Shown in pieces: positions 1-14,043 of a stretch of DNA of 64,000 nt; the first letter of the stretch is position 1, and the number at the start of each line of letters is the position of its first letter. This DNA is from Eledone cirrhosa (lineage: Eukaryota): assembly GCA_964016885.1 (NCBI GenBank), contig OZ024740.1, forward strand, positions 225,618,001-225,682,000, in the 5' to 3' direction. The notes below the pieces were generated by a model. It did no database searches, was not told the DNA's origin, and was given only the letters and a program-made list of their open reading frames with translations. A program made the position numbers and the translations under genes.

Positions 1-3000
1 GGGTATTTTTGTTTGAGCAAAAATTCTCTCATTCTGTTAGGCGTTTGTTCCTGGTATTCGTATCTTCTACAATGGTACAAATTCTTCTGGCTAGGCAGTA
101 TGGGGTGTTGCGTTTTGTATGAGGTGGATGGCACGACTTAAAATTCAGATATAGATGGGTGTCTGTGTGTTTATAATATATATCCGTGGTAATGGTGGTG
201 TCGTTTTTTATTACCATTATATCTAGGAATGGTAATTTGGTCCTACTCATCTCTTTTGTGAATTGGAGAGATGGGTGCAGGTTATTCAGGAGGATATTGA
301 ACTCATCCAGAGTATCTAGAGATTCTGGCCAGATGATGAAACAAGATTTTTCAATGTACTTTCTAAAGTCAGTACTATATTGTTCCTCTATTTCTTGGTA
401 GAGTTGTCGTTCTAAGTATCCCATTACAGAGTTCGCGTAAACGGGAGCAAACTTCGTTCCCATCGCTGTGCCTCTAATTTGGATGTAATTCTTTCCATTG
501 AAGAAGAAAGTGTTGTTTTCCAGAATAAGTTTAACTGCATCTAATATAAATGGCGCTGTGAATCTGATGGGAATCACTTCTTTATGTTTTTCTACCCGAT
601 ATTTAACCGCCTTTATTCCTAAGTCATGTGTAATGTTGGTGTAAAGGCTTACCACATCCAAACTATGTAGAAGTGAATTCGTTTCCGTGGTTTTGGGAAG
701 ATAGGACAGGAAGTCGATATCATCCCGGATGAAACTGGTTATGTGAATACTTAGTGGTTTCAAAATAATGTCAACACAATTGCTTAGACGGTGGGTGGGC
801 ATGTTGGACCAGCTATAATAGGTCTAAGTTTTAAGTCTTTTGGGTGTAGTAATTTAATGTACTCACTGTTTTGTTCTCTTACTGCCAGTTGTATTTCTTT
901 TGACTTATGAACTTTCGGTAGGCCATACAGGTTGGTGGGTTTTGGCTCAAAATTGGTGATGTAGTCTCTTTCCTTATCAGTAAGTGAGTTGTGGTATTTT
1001 GAAGCCAGGTTGTTGATCTTCTTCATGATGTTGTGGTCTATATTTGACGGTATTTCATGATAGAATGTTGTGTCTTTCAGTTGTTCCTCAACCAAATCCT
1101 TGTAGTATTCAACATCCATTATAACAACTGCACCCCCTTTATCTGCTTGTTTAATTATCATTGTTTTATCATTTTGTATACGTTTAAGTGCAGACATTTC
1201 TGATTTGTTAATGTTTGGCCTAACATTAGTATTACGTCTAAGAGGAAATTTAGACAGGATGTCAATGTATTGGTCGGGATAGATATTTCTTCCTTTTGGC
1301 GGAGTGAATATTCTTTACTAGTGATTCATCACTCTCATTACTTTTATCAGCGAAGAATTCTACAAGACGTAATTTTCGACAGAATTCTTGGGTATCCTCC
1401 TTCAGTTCTTGGTGGTTGACTGTTGGAGTCGGTGTGAATTTCAGTCCTTTTGACAGAATTTGCATTTCATCATTGTCAAGATCTCTTTTGGATAAATTAA
1501 TTATTTTAGGATCTACGTGTACAGTTGTTTTGGGTATGTTTCCTCCTGGAGTTTTTCTTTTTCCGGTTTTTGTTGTTCTGACGTTAAAAAATGAATTTTT
1601 CTCTGTTCAGGATTTATATTCCTGTTGGTGTTTGCTTGATGAACTTTTGGTCGTGATATTATATTTGGTTTCGTTATGTATTTTGTCCTATTTTTGGTAT
1701 TATGTATATTATTTTTCCATTTCTTGTTAACATTATTTTTAACAATCTGGGCAAATGGCCTAGGTTTGCTTTCAGGTTTAGATCGTTTTTTTTCGCCCTG
1801 TTTCTTGTGGGTTATCTCTGTTGACATCTTGAGAGTGATCTGGTTATTCTACGTTTTGTTTCCCCGTTCCTTGTGGGTAGTCTCTGTTGAGATCTTGAGA
1901 ATGATCTCCTGGTTTTACTACTTCTCATGGTCTGGTCAAAGGCATATCTACCGTGTTTGTGCTTTTTGTTCATGTTGTGTGCGATAGGGTGTTTTTGTAG
2001 AAAAAGCGAAGAGTTATTACCGTAGTTCTTCTTTGATTCAAGGTAAGGTGAGTGTTTGTGTTGGCACGTGTTCTGGCGTATGTTGTGTTGGTGAGATTGT
2101 CCACTTTTAATGCTTTTTCTCAGGGTTCCAGAGTCTTTACCGTAATTTGCAGCATATTCGTCGAGAAATAATTGTTTCTGCTGCCATACCTTTCTTGATT
2201 TGTTTTCTTATTTTGAGATATCTCTGATCCATAGTTCTCGTAGTTTTTCAGCTATAATACCAGTCGTTAGCTTTGAAATTTCAACTTCAATTTGGTCTTC
2301 GATAGCTTTATATTTGGCTTTGTAGCGGGATTGTTTACATTGAGAAATGGAGATGTCGGTCCTGAATTTTGTCAATGTAAGTTCCCATCAGAGTTTTGTT
2401 TCTTCTTCTGGTTCTCCTGCAATTTCTGTAATTAGGTATTTACGAGGGAGTATGGGTGCCGTTAGAGAGAACCATTTCGAATGTGTTTCAACATATTTTT
2501 CGCATTTGTATGCTTTCCAGAAGTTTTGTTTTCTTATGCTAAGAAATGTTTTCCATGTCTTCCACATTTCTTTTCTTATTCGATGTGTTTTGTTTTCCAA
2601 ATTTCTTTCGTTTAGTTCTGACATCCAAGGGGGTTGTAGTAGGCTTTCTGTTGTATCTTTGATAACTGTTGGTATAATTTCAGCTAAATTCTTAATTTCA
2701 GAGTTTATATATTCAGTTATAAGTTTTCCGTCTGTAGATTGTTTTTCTATTTCCTTTAAAATAGAGGATTGTGTGTCAATCATCGTGATAAGTGTTGATA
2801 ATTTCGATGATATCTCCTTTAGAATTCTTTCTGATTCTGTTGATTTCATTTGTTGCTTTCCAGACATGTTGGCATATACACAATAGGAATATATAGATAG
2901 ATAAATATACACGGGTGTGTATGATTGTGTATAGAAGATTATATTAATAAAAGGAATTCCAACTTTGTCTGATTTACTCGTTTTATTTACAATCCTTTAA

Positions 3001-3138
3001 AATTTATAATGGTATTGGAATGAAATAGTATGGTAGAATATTAAATGTTAAGTGTTAATTGAATAAAGTACTTTCATGCTTTCGCAATCTTCAGGTTCAT
3101 AATGTGTGGTGACAGTCAAGTTTGCAATTTTCAACTGT
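1..3138 (-). mobile_element. Penelope-like retroelement (Neptune-like), degenerate: N-terminal region and RT, running off the left edge; upstream pseudo-LTR at 2912-3138
   Basis: Frameshifted ORF pieces 2388-2912, 1262-1465 (LSKGLKFTPTP), 784-1197 (IIKQADKGGAVVIMD, LYGLPKVHK, LRPIIAG) and 29-802 (LDVVSLYTNI, QIRGTAMGTKFAPVYAN, LPFLDI, TDIYYKHTD, HPPHTKRN) are typical PLE RT motifs. The catalytic RYLDD is deleted here but present in the copy at 20.4 kb. 2912-3138 is near-identical to the 3' end of that copy (18681-18900). Confidence 0.93.
3059..3100 (-). ncRNA. Minimal type I hammerhead ribozyme in the PLE pseudo-LTR (CUGAAGA core)
   Basis: Minus strand reads UGAAC-CUGAAGA-U-UGC-GAAA-GCA-U-GAAA-GUAC-UU-UAUUCA: stem II UGC/GCA, palindromic stem III AGUACU, slightly mutated stem I. 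Confidence 0.75.
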
Positions 3139-3382
3139 TGAAAATTGACAGTTGAAAATATTGTTGTTTAGTCATAGGTCAGTCATGACCAAGCAGATAT
3201 ATGATCAAATATGTATTCCAGTAAGCACAGTATATCTAAGACATCATGTTCCAATATGTCATTTCAGATTTAAGACCTTAGGGTGTAATTTCAGAGAAAT
3301 TTGGTTTTTATATCTAAAAATAAGCTGATTTTATAAAGTAGAAAAAGGAATTTATGTTTGAATTGGTCTTTCCATTGCTAAT

Positions 3383-3545
3383 AATTGTTTCTACGTTTGG
3401 CACAAGGCCAGTAATTATCCCAGTGCATTACTGGTACTTTATTTTATCGACCCCATAAGGATGAAAGGCAAAGTTAACCTCAGCGGGATTTGAACTCAGA
3501 ATGGCAAGGGCTGTAGCTCTATATGTCAAAGCATGGCCCTAATAT
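3383..3545 (-). mobile_element. tRNA-derived SINE (family A)
   Basis: Reverse complement of the 8238-8425 SINE: B-box GAGTTCAAATCC and body GCCTTTCATCCTTA.GGGGTCGATAAAATAAAGTACCAG. Confidence 0.85.
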
Positions 3546-3692
3546 TTGTCAGTTGTAAATCCTTGCAAAAGCATCAACACTTTTCTGTTGGCAGTAGGCA
3601 GTATGTGAACTCAAAATGCTCAGAGCAACAACAGATATCACATGACATCCCATTGCCGCTTTAACAGTTTTCTAATCCATCACCACTTGATT

Positions 3693-3838
3693 GGTATTGG
3701 TACTTAATTTAATCAACCTCTAAAGGATAAAAGGCAAAGTTGACCTCAGCAGGATTTGAACTCACAGCATAGAACATTAAAACAACTACTACAAATTATT
3801 CTTTGCAATGCCCTAATGAGTCTACCAGTTTGCTGCCT
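3693..3838 (-). mobile_element. Degenerate SINE family A copy
   Basis: aaaggcaaagttgacctcagcaggatttgaactc matches the family core. Confidence 0.7.
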
Positions 3839-6800
3839 ATCAAAGAACTCTGTAAAGGCTCTTCTCATTGGCTTGAATTAATTCTGTTCTTGCTTGTTAG
3901 CGATTTTCCAAATAAAACTGTAAAATTAGGTGACTTGTCCCTTTAGTCATTTACATACTTTTAAAACAAAATTTGGTTAATTGATAATAACAACAGGGTC
4001 TATTTCCTCTTTCATTGATGACTTTCAAAGTATCTCCAAATGAAGATTACAGAATCTGGTAATGTGTCAAAACTTTAAAATCTAAATGTAATTAAATTAA
4101 AGTAATCCTATATGTAATTATTTAAATCAGCTTCTGGTCTTGATAATTAAGAACAGGATTACTTTATCAAGCTAAATAATTCTCCTTATTGTAGTTGCTT
4201 AAATTCCATGCCTTCCATAGCAAATTCTCGCTTCTATATATTTCCCTTGTGTTTTTAAAGCAATATCAATAATTGTAGCAATATTTTGGTGTTTTAGATT
4301 GCAAAGAAGAGAGAAATTATCAAATGCTTTAGAATTCCAAAGACTTTGCCTGAAGCAGATATCTCATCTTTTCACTGCAAGCTGCCTAGCAAACCTCATT
4401 TTCCACTTTGGTTGTAATGGATGTTGCCAACACAAATTACCATTAGTCTTTTCAAACACTACTGATTAAATTTCTTATCTTACTTTTAAGAACTTTGGGG
4501 AATGAAACCTGGTTGCCCTTTACATCAGTAGAAATTTGTACCATATATGGTGTAAGCATATGACTGGCTTATGGGCTTCAAATATCTCTCATCTCTTGGA
4601 TCAGAAATTCATTGCTAGATTGATCCATAACAATGTACATTGTCTAGGACTAGTCTATCTCACATCTTTGCAACTCTAGTATACTTCAATGTCTTGTTTT
4701 ATCTATACTCTTCCTTGTATATATTAACACTTTTTTTTACGATATTTCTAATGAAAGAAACTTCCTGTGATTTTCAGATAATGTTCAAAACAATCAACGA
4801 TTTGGAGGGATTTAGTAACATTTAGTAATTGACTTTCCTGGTATTAAGGTTATGTTTGTAAAATAACTTAACAAACATTCTTACATAAAATCATAATAAA
4901 AGATTTTAAACAAATAGAAACACTTTAGAACAACAGTTCTGTATTGTAGAACCAGAAATGGTTTCAGATGGTTTAATATTAGAGTGTTAATAAACATCTC
5001 ACTGTTACTTGTAACCACACAAATTCTGTAACAAATGACTCAACACTTCCCTCTAGAACCTACTGCACATATTTAAATGCAGGACTGATACACTAGATTT
5101 GCACTGTATTCAAAACAAAATATCTCAAACATATTGTCAAGTAGAGACATGACAGCCCTGTAAATAATATGACGGCCCAATTACTTAATGTATCAAGGAA
5201 AAAGTCCTTGTCTAGTTTCTACATAAACATAAAAAGTATATGGCTAAAATGGTTAGTGTTAGGAAGGGCATCCGACTGTAAAATGTTGTCTCAAAGTTGC
5301 ATCTATTCCATGCCAGCATGGAAAATATGACATAAAAACTATGATTATATGTATACATTTGGCATAGTGAACTTCTGTCACTCATATAATAGGAATAATC
5401 AGATGTATAAAAACAAACATCTCTGAATTTTGTATACTCATCTGATATTTTCATGAATAAATGACTTGAAGTGGTATTGTTGTATTACTTTTATGTGTTC
5501 TTGTATGCTAAATATTTAAACTTGTGAGGAAGAAATATAATTTCTACTTACTAATATCATGGAAATCAAAGATTACCTCTTAACCGTTTCAGCCCTGAAT
5601 TTATGAAATTAATGGAATTGCTATTTCCCTAAATATCAATTTATAAAACTAATCATTTCCTTGAAATACTGTCTAAACCAACACTATATATGTATATTGA
5701 AACTATGTAATATGACAGCAGCAGCTTGATAATGTTTGTCTTCCTCATTGAATGGCTATTACAGTACCTTTCCCCCTGCCTATTTGACAACATTTATAGA
5801 TATATAGGAGTACACTCAACTGAATCTATCTCTCCATATTATTATGCGTGATTGATTGGCAAAATCCTGAGAGATCTGGACAAAATGCTACCATACAACT
5901 ATTTGTTTGGACTCTTTAACTAAAACAAGTTCTAAAACAAGTTCTACTGAGGTTAACTTTCTTTTTTGTCCTTCCTCAGCTAATGAAATATATTATTAGA
6001 TATATTATTAGATAAATTTCAACCCTGTGTCTATGATAGAAACAATTATTAATACCAACCATAATCATCCTCCACCCTCTGTCCAATACTAACGAATGCA
6101 AATAGTCAAATCACGGGATATTTAAAATCAGAAAATAGAAATATAAAATTTAATAATTGTTTCTAATAATGCTATGTGTTTAATCTATTGAATGGAGTTT
6201 AAATGTCACACATTTAGTCTGGAGTTCCTCACTCTCATTCTCTATTGCTGCTCTTCAAATTCAAATTATTATTCAGTAAATTTCACTTTTATCAGTTTTA
6301 TTTCTAAAACCCGAGATCAAACCTTAGTATGCCATAGAAGGTGAAAAGAGAGGTATCAATAAAAACACACAAGAAATACTACCTTTCTCACTACTTCTAA
6401 ATGTAATGGAAATTAACCTTTTGTGAGTGAAAGTTTCAGTAAAGTAGAAAATATCTATTAAAACATAAAAATTCAATAGCAAATTTTATAAACAGAGAAA
6501 GCTAACAAGATGATATCAGAATTGTATTTTTATTTCAATGTAATCATTTCAGAAATTGATACTTACGTAAGACAAACCACAAAATTTAACTCATTTTCCT
6601 ATTATTTTATATCTCCAAGCAAGTTAAAGGAGTTTTGTTAAACCAGTAGATACTTAATCTATCTAAGCAACTCTATATCATTATCTCCAATGAATACTCC
6701 ATAGCTATAATGTGCTTATTTTCAATTTTTCCCTCAAAATCCCTTTCTCTACCCTTATCATTAAGTGTCTTCCTTTTCTATTTTTGTGCTTTATATTTTT

Positions 6801-7819
6801 CTCCAAGATGTTCATTATATATTTCTTGTTTGCTTTTGGTGGCATATTATAACATTATTTTCTTTGTTTTCCTTTTCATTCAAATTATTTGTCACTATTC
6901 TAGACATTGAATGTGAAAAGATTTCAATATAAGCCATTATGATATGACAAGCAAATTTACTGGAGAAACTTTGACTGTCACTACCAATTAATTTCCAATT
7001 GATCTGTTTATAGGTTATCGGTGACATTTGAAACAAAATGTGACTGAGGAGCATTTCACAAAGAACTATCTTGCAGTTCTGCATACGAGATGTTTAGAAA
7101 AAAGAAAATTTGTTTAAGAAACAGCACGACTAAAAAGGCAACAACAAAAACCAAAAATAAAAGAATGCAATGATCGAAATGGTGGTGGGGATAAGGAATG
7201 AAATTAGCTTACATTATTTAAATATAATTATTAATGATATATCAGAATAGTTGACATGTTTCATAAATAATGGTGTGTATTTTCTAGCTTGAAAATAAGG
7301 GCTAACGTTTCTCTCACATTTCCTTGCTTTAACCATCTGTGACAAAATTGTTGGAATTTTTGTCAAAATCTTTCTTTTTCAGAAATACAAAATAATGTTA
7401 TTATTACCATTATCACTATTATTATTGATGTTATTGTTATTTTGCCAAAGGAGTGGCAGAATGAGTAGAGTTTCAGATTAATGCCTTACAGTAATTTAAT
7501 GTTTTCAATTCAAATTCCACCTGGGTGGATTATATGTTTTATTTCTCTGAGGTTGATAATATAAATACCAGATAAAACCAACTATTTCCTAGCTAGTCAT
7601 TTGTTATCCACATCTGGATGATGCTTCAACCAGGGCTGCATCAAATGGGTATGGGGCAGAGGGAGCAAACCCTTTCCATCACCACCACCACAGAGTGTAA
7701 ATATAACTTCTTTTGAGTTATCCTTCCTGCTAATTTAGGTGGGTGAGCCCAAAGTATTTGGTCTTCAGGGGCAGAGAACCCTTGCTATGTCAATAGCCTT
7801 AGCAACCTTGCTGATAAAT

Positions 7820-7958
7820 TGGCACCCATTAGCACATTGGACAGACTGTTTTGCAAAATTCATTCTGGCTGTCTGAGTTCAAAACGCACTGAGGTAAACT
7901 TTGACTTTCATCCTTTTGAGTTTGATAAACAAATAACTTGTTCAGTACTTGGATCAAT
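7820..7958 (+). mobile_element. Degenerate SINE family A copy (other decayed copies at about 5855-6050 and 7450-7570)
   Basis: ctgagttcaaaacgcactgaggtaaactttgactttcatccttttgagtttgataaa matches the family core. Confidence 0.65.
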
Positions 7959-7975
7959 TCTCTCTCTCTCTCTAT

Positions 7976-8009
<34 letters not shown>

Positions 8010-8237
8010 CTCTCTCTGTGGAAGAAATTAGCTGTATTCAGCTCTGGAATGGGATGGGCTCCATCTGATTTAAATGCCTAGGACAAGGTATATGTCATGG
8101 CAATACACATTTCACACCAACAGAAGCTCAGGACCCATGGACGAATACTTCATCTAAACAATTTTCTGAAGATTATTGAACAAATGCTTTGGTGAAACAT
8201 CTTAGTTCTATGAATAAATCCCATTGTTTAATTGATT

Positions 8238-8425
8238 GGCGGTGGATTGGCAGTATCGGTAGAGGGTCGGACGCCATGCTTTGACGCATAGAGTTACGGC
8301 CCTTGCCATTCTGAGTTCAAATCCCGCCGAGGTTAACTTTGCCTTTCATCCTTACGGGGTCGATAAAATAAAGTACCAGTAATGTACTGGATAATTTCTG
8401 GCCTTGTGCCAATAGTAGAAACAAT
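8238..8425 (+). mobile_element. Full-length tRNA-derived SINE (family A) with target-site duplication
   Basis: A-box-like TGGCAGTATCGG, B-box GAGTTCAAATCC; flanked by direct repeat ATTGTTTAATTGATT(GGC). Confidence 0.92.
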
Positions 8426-8539
8426 TGTTTAATTGATTGGCTGGTTAGTTATATGAAGTAAATCCAGCTGTATAAATTACTAATAAAATCATATGTAGCA
8501 TAACCAATAAAGCTGTATGAAATATATCTTGACAAAGAA

Positions 8540-8778
8540 AGGATTTCCCTCATTTACCAGGCTCTATACTATTTCTAGACATGGCTTCTCCTGACTTATG
8601 GTTGTTCCCAAAAATGAAGATGCCACTAAAAGCCTCTTGTTTTGAGAATTGAAAGGACATAATGCAGACTGTGATAGCAGATCAGATCTATTCTAGAAGT
8701 TCATATGCTTGAAATACTTAAATGATCTATAAACTATGTGTGGAAGTACAAGAGGCCTTCTTCAAAATGGACTATTAA
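8540..8778 (+). pseudogene. Mariner transposase C-terminal relic
   Basis: Manual translation YFLDMASPDLWLFPKMKMPLKASCFEN*KDI ... KLCVEVQEAFF resembles the mariner YSPDLAPxDFxLFPKLK...G.RF and KCVE..G.YFE motifs. Confidence 0.7.
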
Positions 8779-9739
8779 TTGAACGCCACCAAGTACAGAA
8801 TCATTTTCCCTACATAGAGCACAGCTAGTTAAGAAGTTACAAATACAGTTGATTAATGGAACTGTAGAAATATATAAATCATTTCAGAAATTCAGCATGA
8901 TGTGGGAAAAAGTTCAGAGAGGTACTAGTACTGACTACAGAAGGTTTCTGCCTCCATATGAAAGGCAGATTGTATGACACCTGTGTATGGAATGCAATGC
9001 TCCATGAGTATGAGAATTGGACCTTGAACAAGATGCCTGTCAATATGCTGCCTGACAGAAGTGGGTTTCAACAAGCATTGAGATGGTAGAGATGAATCAA
9101 CATTCTTCTACTCTCACACAATTCCTCTGACCACCATCACCACCCTAATTCCCCATCTTCAACTATCCTCTTCACTTTACTATCTACAGAGCCCTCCTTA
9201 GTCATTCCTCCACTCACATTCTTCATGCATGGGAAGATGTTCACCACCTACCATTATATGATGGTGGTGAGTGGCTGTGATGATGATGATGATATATATA
9301 TATATATGTGTCTGAGATTACTTTGGCTTATGACAAATATACATTTGATATGTATTGTATATGAAGTAATTATTTTTATTAATCTAAATATTCTATAACT
9401 AGAGAATAAAATTGAAGATTCTACATATAAAATGTAAACCTAGCAATTTAAATATATTCAAATGTCTGCCATAAATACTTACTTCTTCTGATAGATGAGA
9501 TAAATTTATATTGCAAGTTTATAACAAGCAATTCATATCAAATTATTTGCTGTTTCAATCAGAATATATTTAAGTACAGAGTAACATATATAATATATTG
9601 TTTTGGACATAAAATAAATCTAATATAAACACGTATAAGTAGCGATAAGTAGAAATAGACTTAATATATTAAAATAGAATAAGAAGCAAATGCTCAATGG
9701 CAGTAGAATTTCTTGGAAATTATTAAAATAAAATGAAAT

Positions 9740-9742
9740 TAC

Positions 9743-9803
<61 letters not shown>

Positions 9804-9820
9804 ATTGTATGTATATATAT

Positions 9821-9907
<87 letters not shown>

Positions 9908-10055
9908 TGTGTGTTTAATGTACATATATATATATTTTGGAATACATATGTGTACATTCACATATATATATATGCATATATATATATATATGTAAATATA
10001 TATGTGTGTATGTATGCATGCATCCATGTATATATGTGTGTATATAAATATATTT
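9740..10055. repeat. Compound (TA)n/(TG)n microsatellite
   Basis: Direct sequence. Confidence 0.97.
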
Positions 10056-10979
10056 ATTCATAAGAACAATCACAGATAATGCACCAGCTTACAATGAGTC
10101 GTGCATCCACATCATCCCCATTATTGTTTAACATTCATTTTTCTGTAATATCTGCCTAACAGATAAATATCTCATCAACCACAAGGATTCTCTAATCCTA
10201 AACAAAGTATCAAAACTTATCTCAACTTGCCATCATATCTCCTAATTTCTGCTAACTAGTTTTCAGCTCAGCAAACCTGGATTGCTCATTTAATTCAAGT
10301 CACTCACCTCTTTCAGTTCAAACTGGCTGTAACCAGCCACTCATACTGATCTTAAAGTATTGTTCTCAAAATAAATAATATCAAAGTCTCATAGATTTGA
10401 TGTTATGTGTGGTAAAGCCATGACCACGAAAATATAATAGTATGTATAGAGTAATGTAAATGCTAAAGGGTTAATGTGAAGCACAGGTGCCACTAACAAC
10501 ACAACCAGTCTCATGTCTAACCACACAACATGAGCAATCATGTGTGCACCCTTAAAGTAGAACCACACACTAATGCTTGTCAAACGGATCAGACGCCATC
10601 ACCAGCACTTCTAGCTTTGTAATTAATTGTGGAATAGAACCACCTTCTCAAATTTCATTGATAGTATTGCCACCCATCTGATTAACCCATAAAATTGAGC
10701 CAACTAAAAACATCAGTCATATATAGCTCTAACACAAACCAGCTGATATCATTCAATATAGATGGACATCATCAACAATGGTACAGTATATGTGACCAAT
10801 ATCCTGGCATGCAACGTCAGCAACTATATAATCAATTAAAAAGCACCTGTCTCCTCTAACTACCCTAATGAACAATTTTATCATTTCTCACTCTCAGATT
10901 GGTATATTTGACTAACACACCAACAACACAGAGACCTTTAAATATGATGAAATAATTCTGTTTAATAAAAACACAAGTA

Positions 10980-11342
10980 AATGTGTGTGTGTGTATATGT
11001 GTGTATGTGTGTATGTGTGTATGTGTGTATGTGTGTATGGATATGTGTGTGCCTGTGTATGTGTGAGTGTATATATGTGAGTGTGTATGAGCATGTGTGA
11101 ATGTGTATTTGTATGTATGTTATGTGCATGTGTGTGCACGTGTGTACATGTGTGGACATGTGTGTGCATTTGCATGTTTGTGCATATGTGAGTATATGTG
11201 TGTGTGTGTGTTCGTGTGTGAGAATGCGCATGTGTGTATGCATGTGTGTACATGTGTGTATATGTGTTTGTGTATGTTGTGCATGTGTGAGTGTGTGGGC
11301 ATGTGTGTGCATGTGTGAGTGTGTACCTACATATATATACAT
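10980..11342. repeat. Degenerate (TG)n/(TGTA)n low-complexity tract
   Basis: Direct sequence. Confidence 0.9.
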
Positions 11343-13850
11343 GGTAGACAATAATTAGTTTACCAGCTTACTGTTAAGAAATGTGAATAAAAAAGAACCC
11401 AAAGTAATATAAAACATTCTCCAAAAAGTAATACATAAGAGTTTGTGTAAACCTATACAGTTGCATTAAACATTGAAAGTGTTGCCCGTTTTCAATCACA
11501 GCAGAGCAGAATCTCATCAGAGACATTAATGAAACAATTTTGCACTTCATCATCATCATTTAACGTCCATTGTCCATACTAGCATGAGTTAGTAGAGTTA
11601 TCCCGTTGTGAAAAACGTTTGATCAAGTGACTGTGTGTTGCACATGCAGAACTGTTTCTGACTTGCTGGATGTCCTTCCTAAAATTAACCACTTTTACAG
11701 CATGGATTTGGTTTGTTTTTTTATTGTGGCACCAAAAGGACAAGCTGAGAGGTTGGACTGGGTACTTTTTCATTGTGTCACTAGCACAACCTTACAGAGT
11801 GGACTGGGCACTTTTTGTGCATTTAAATCCCTTAAAATTGCTACATATACCTGAACTTTAAATAACTAATCAGCTTTCATAGGGAGTGCCCATCTACTTT
11901 ATAAACTGCACCTTGAAAATTAAGATTTCTCTTTTTATTGTATCACCAGCAAAACGACCTTACACAGAGGACTGGGTGCATTCTGTGGCATTAAAACCCT
12001 TAAAATTGCTATAGATTCTCTTCAGGACCCCACAATACTTCATCCCTCAGTAATTACTGATGCTCTACAAAGGTGATATGAAAGCAACAATACAGTAGTA
12101 TTTTGATGTCGGTGACAGGGTTTACAGTTATTCACACAAACATATTAAACCACATCCTTACAACATGCTATAATGGCTGGCCCAGGTATATTCTCCCAAA
12201 GTTTTCTTTCTCTACTGTTCAGTTGAACTTTAAATTGGGCCTTTCTGCTCAAACCCATTTCATTCATCTTTTGATTGGTAGTTTAAACATGACAGTTTGT
12301 ATAGGTCTACTTGATCATAGTTCAGCTGGAGTTAAACAACAACTTGATGCACCCACCTCTCCTTTCTGTGTTTGTCCTCCAAATTTTATACTAAACACAA
12401 TGTTTCATCTTTTCTCCAAATGACCACAGCTTCTTATAAATTCTTCTCTCCTTATAAGTTTTAACCTATATACATTGTACATCAACTATATTAATCTCAC
12501 AAGTCAGAAGAGCTAGAATTATCAAACTAAAGAAGATAAAAGAAAAGAAGTAGCCATGCGCTCAGCACCATAGCCATTTTATCACTTATACTAAATATGA
12601 TAATGATGAATATATTACAATATGTTTGTGATATCTAGCACATGTTTTGAAAAGTTCATAAGATGGTAGGAATGAATGTAATAAAATCTCTATTTCAGCT
12701 TTCATGGAAATCATAACTTTTATTCATGCGAGGTCACTATGAAGGGCAGATAATGCACTAAAAGGCTTATATTCATTATGAAATAACACTAATAGTGCTT
12801 TCGAAATTGAATGTCTATTCATATCAATTTCCTACAATCAATACTAGCAATATAATAGGTTGGTGATAAAAAGGTGTTTCAAACTACAGTACAGGAAATA
12901 AAGATCTTATTTCCAAATAACTTGGCATAATTTGATTCATAAGAAAGATTTTATTAAAGAAAATAATGGAACACATTTCAATAAAGAAGGAAATGATTAA
13001 TACATGAATTAAAAAAGGGGATGCAAGATGAAATGCAATCATTATTGGGGAGGTTTAATAACTTACTATTAAATGAAATGGAGATATAAAAGATTATAAC
13101 TATATTATAAAAGAAGCTTGACTCAGTTTCTAAACAGCATTGATATTTCTTTGTATGTACAGCCAAACAGTGAAAACATTAGCAGCTTAAACATTTATAG
13201 ATTTTCCTCAACAGGTTATCTAGAAATCCAGAACCCAACACGTTAATTCATTGCCTCTTTATTCACAGTATTCACATCTTTGGATAGATCAATATGATTG
13301 TTTATCTACAACTAACCCCTTTACTGAGTCTATAATAACTTCTTTAGTGTGGGTGTGAATTCAGAACAGGGTTACTATGAAAACCAGTGCTTGAATAGCA
13401 AGTACTGGTAGTATTTGCTAATGCAATTAAGCACTTACTTTGACTAATGTATTTCAAGAAAATACATAATGCTCAGTTTTCTCTTCCATTTTAGCAGTGA
13501 GAATCTTCACAAGTTTCATTTATTACAATTTCTTATACCTAGAAGCTTGAACAAACATTGTAAATGTCTTACTCACACTGATCTCTCTTGCAATAGTATG
13601 ATGTAACAATTTGTTCTTACTTGTATTGATTGAGCATTAAAATTAATGGTGTAAATTCGAACACCTTTTACTTGGACATGGCTTCTACAAAAACGATTTT
13701 TCTTGTTTTCCCTCAATGTGAATGAATATTGATTGTACAGCTAGTGTTGCAAGTGGCTGACACAATGGAAAGTGTGTAACTGCTAGCCATGGGATTGATG
13801 GTGGTAGCTAATCATTGGTGATGTGCAGTGTATGTTACCAAGGACAAATT

Positions 13851-14043
13851 ACCATATATAATCGAATATAAGCTGAGAAATATGTGACCGAAAAATCGAT
13901 GGTAGAAGGGAGCTGGCTTATTTTCGGGGTCAATATTTTGATGATTTTAGCAACTTCAAATTCTACATAAATAAGGTTTGGATATTTGCCAATCTCTCAG
14001 GCATAAAATAGTGGGGTCAGCCTATATTTGAGTATATATGGTA
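13851..14043. mobile_element. Tc1/mariner-superfamily MITE (TA-flanked, about 25-bp TIRs); partial relative at about 28808-28890
   Basis: Left end CCATATATAATCGAATATAAGCTGA versus reverse complement of right end CCATATATACTCAAATATAGGCTGA; TA on both sides. Confidence 0.7.

Noticed and set aside
8238-8330. tRNA gene
   Set aside because: The A/B boxes belong to a multi-copy SINE head with TSDs; no full cloverleaf.
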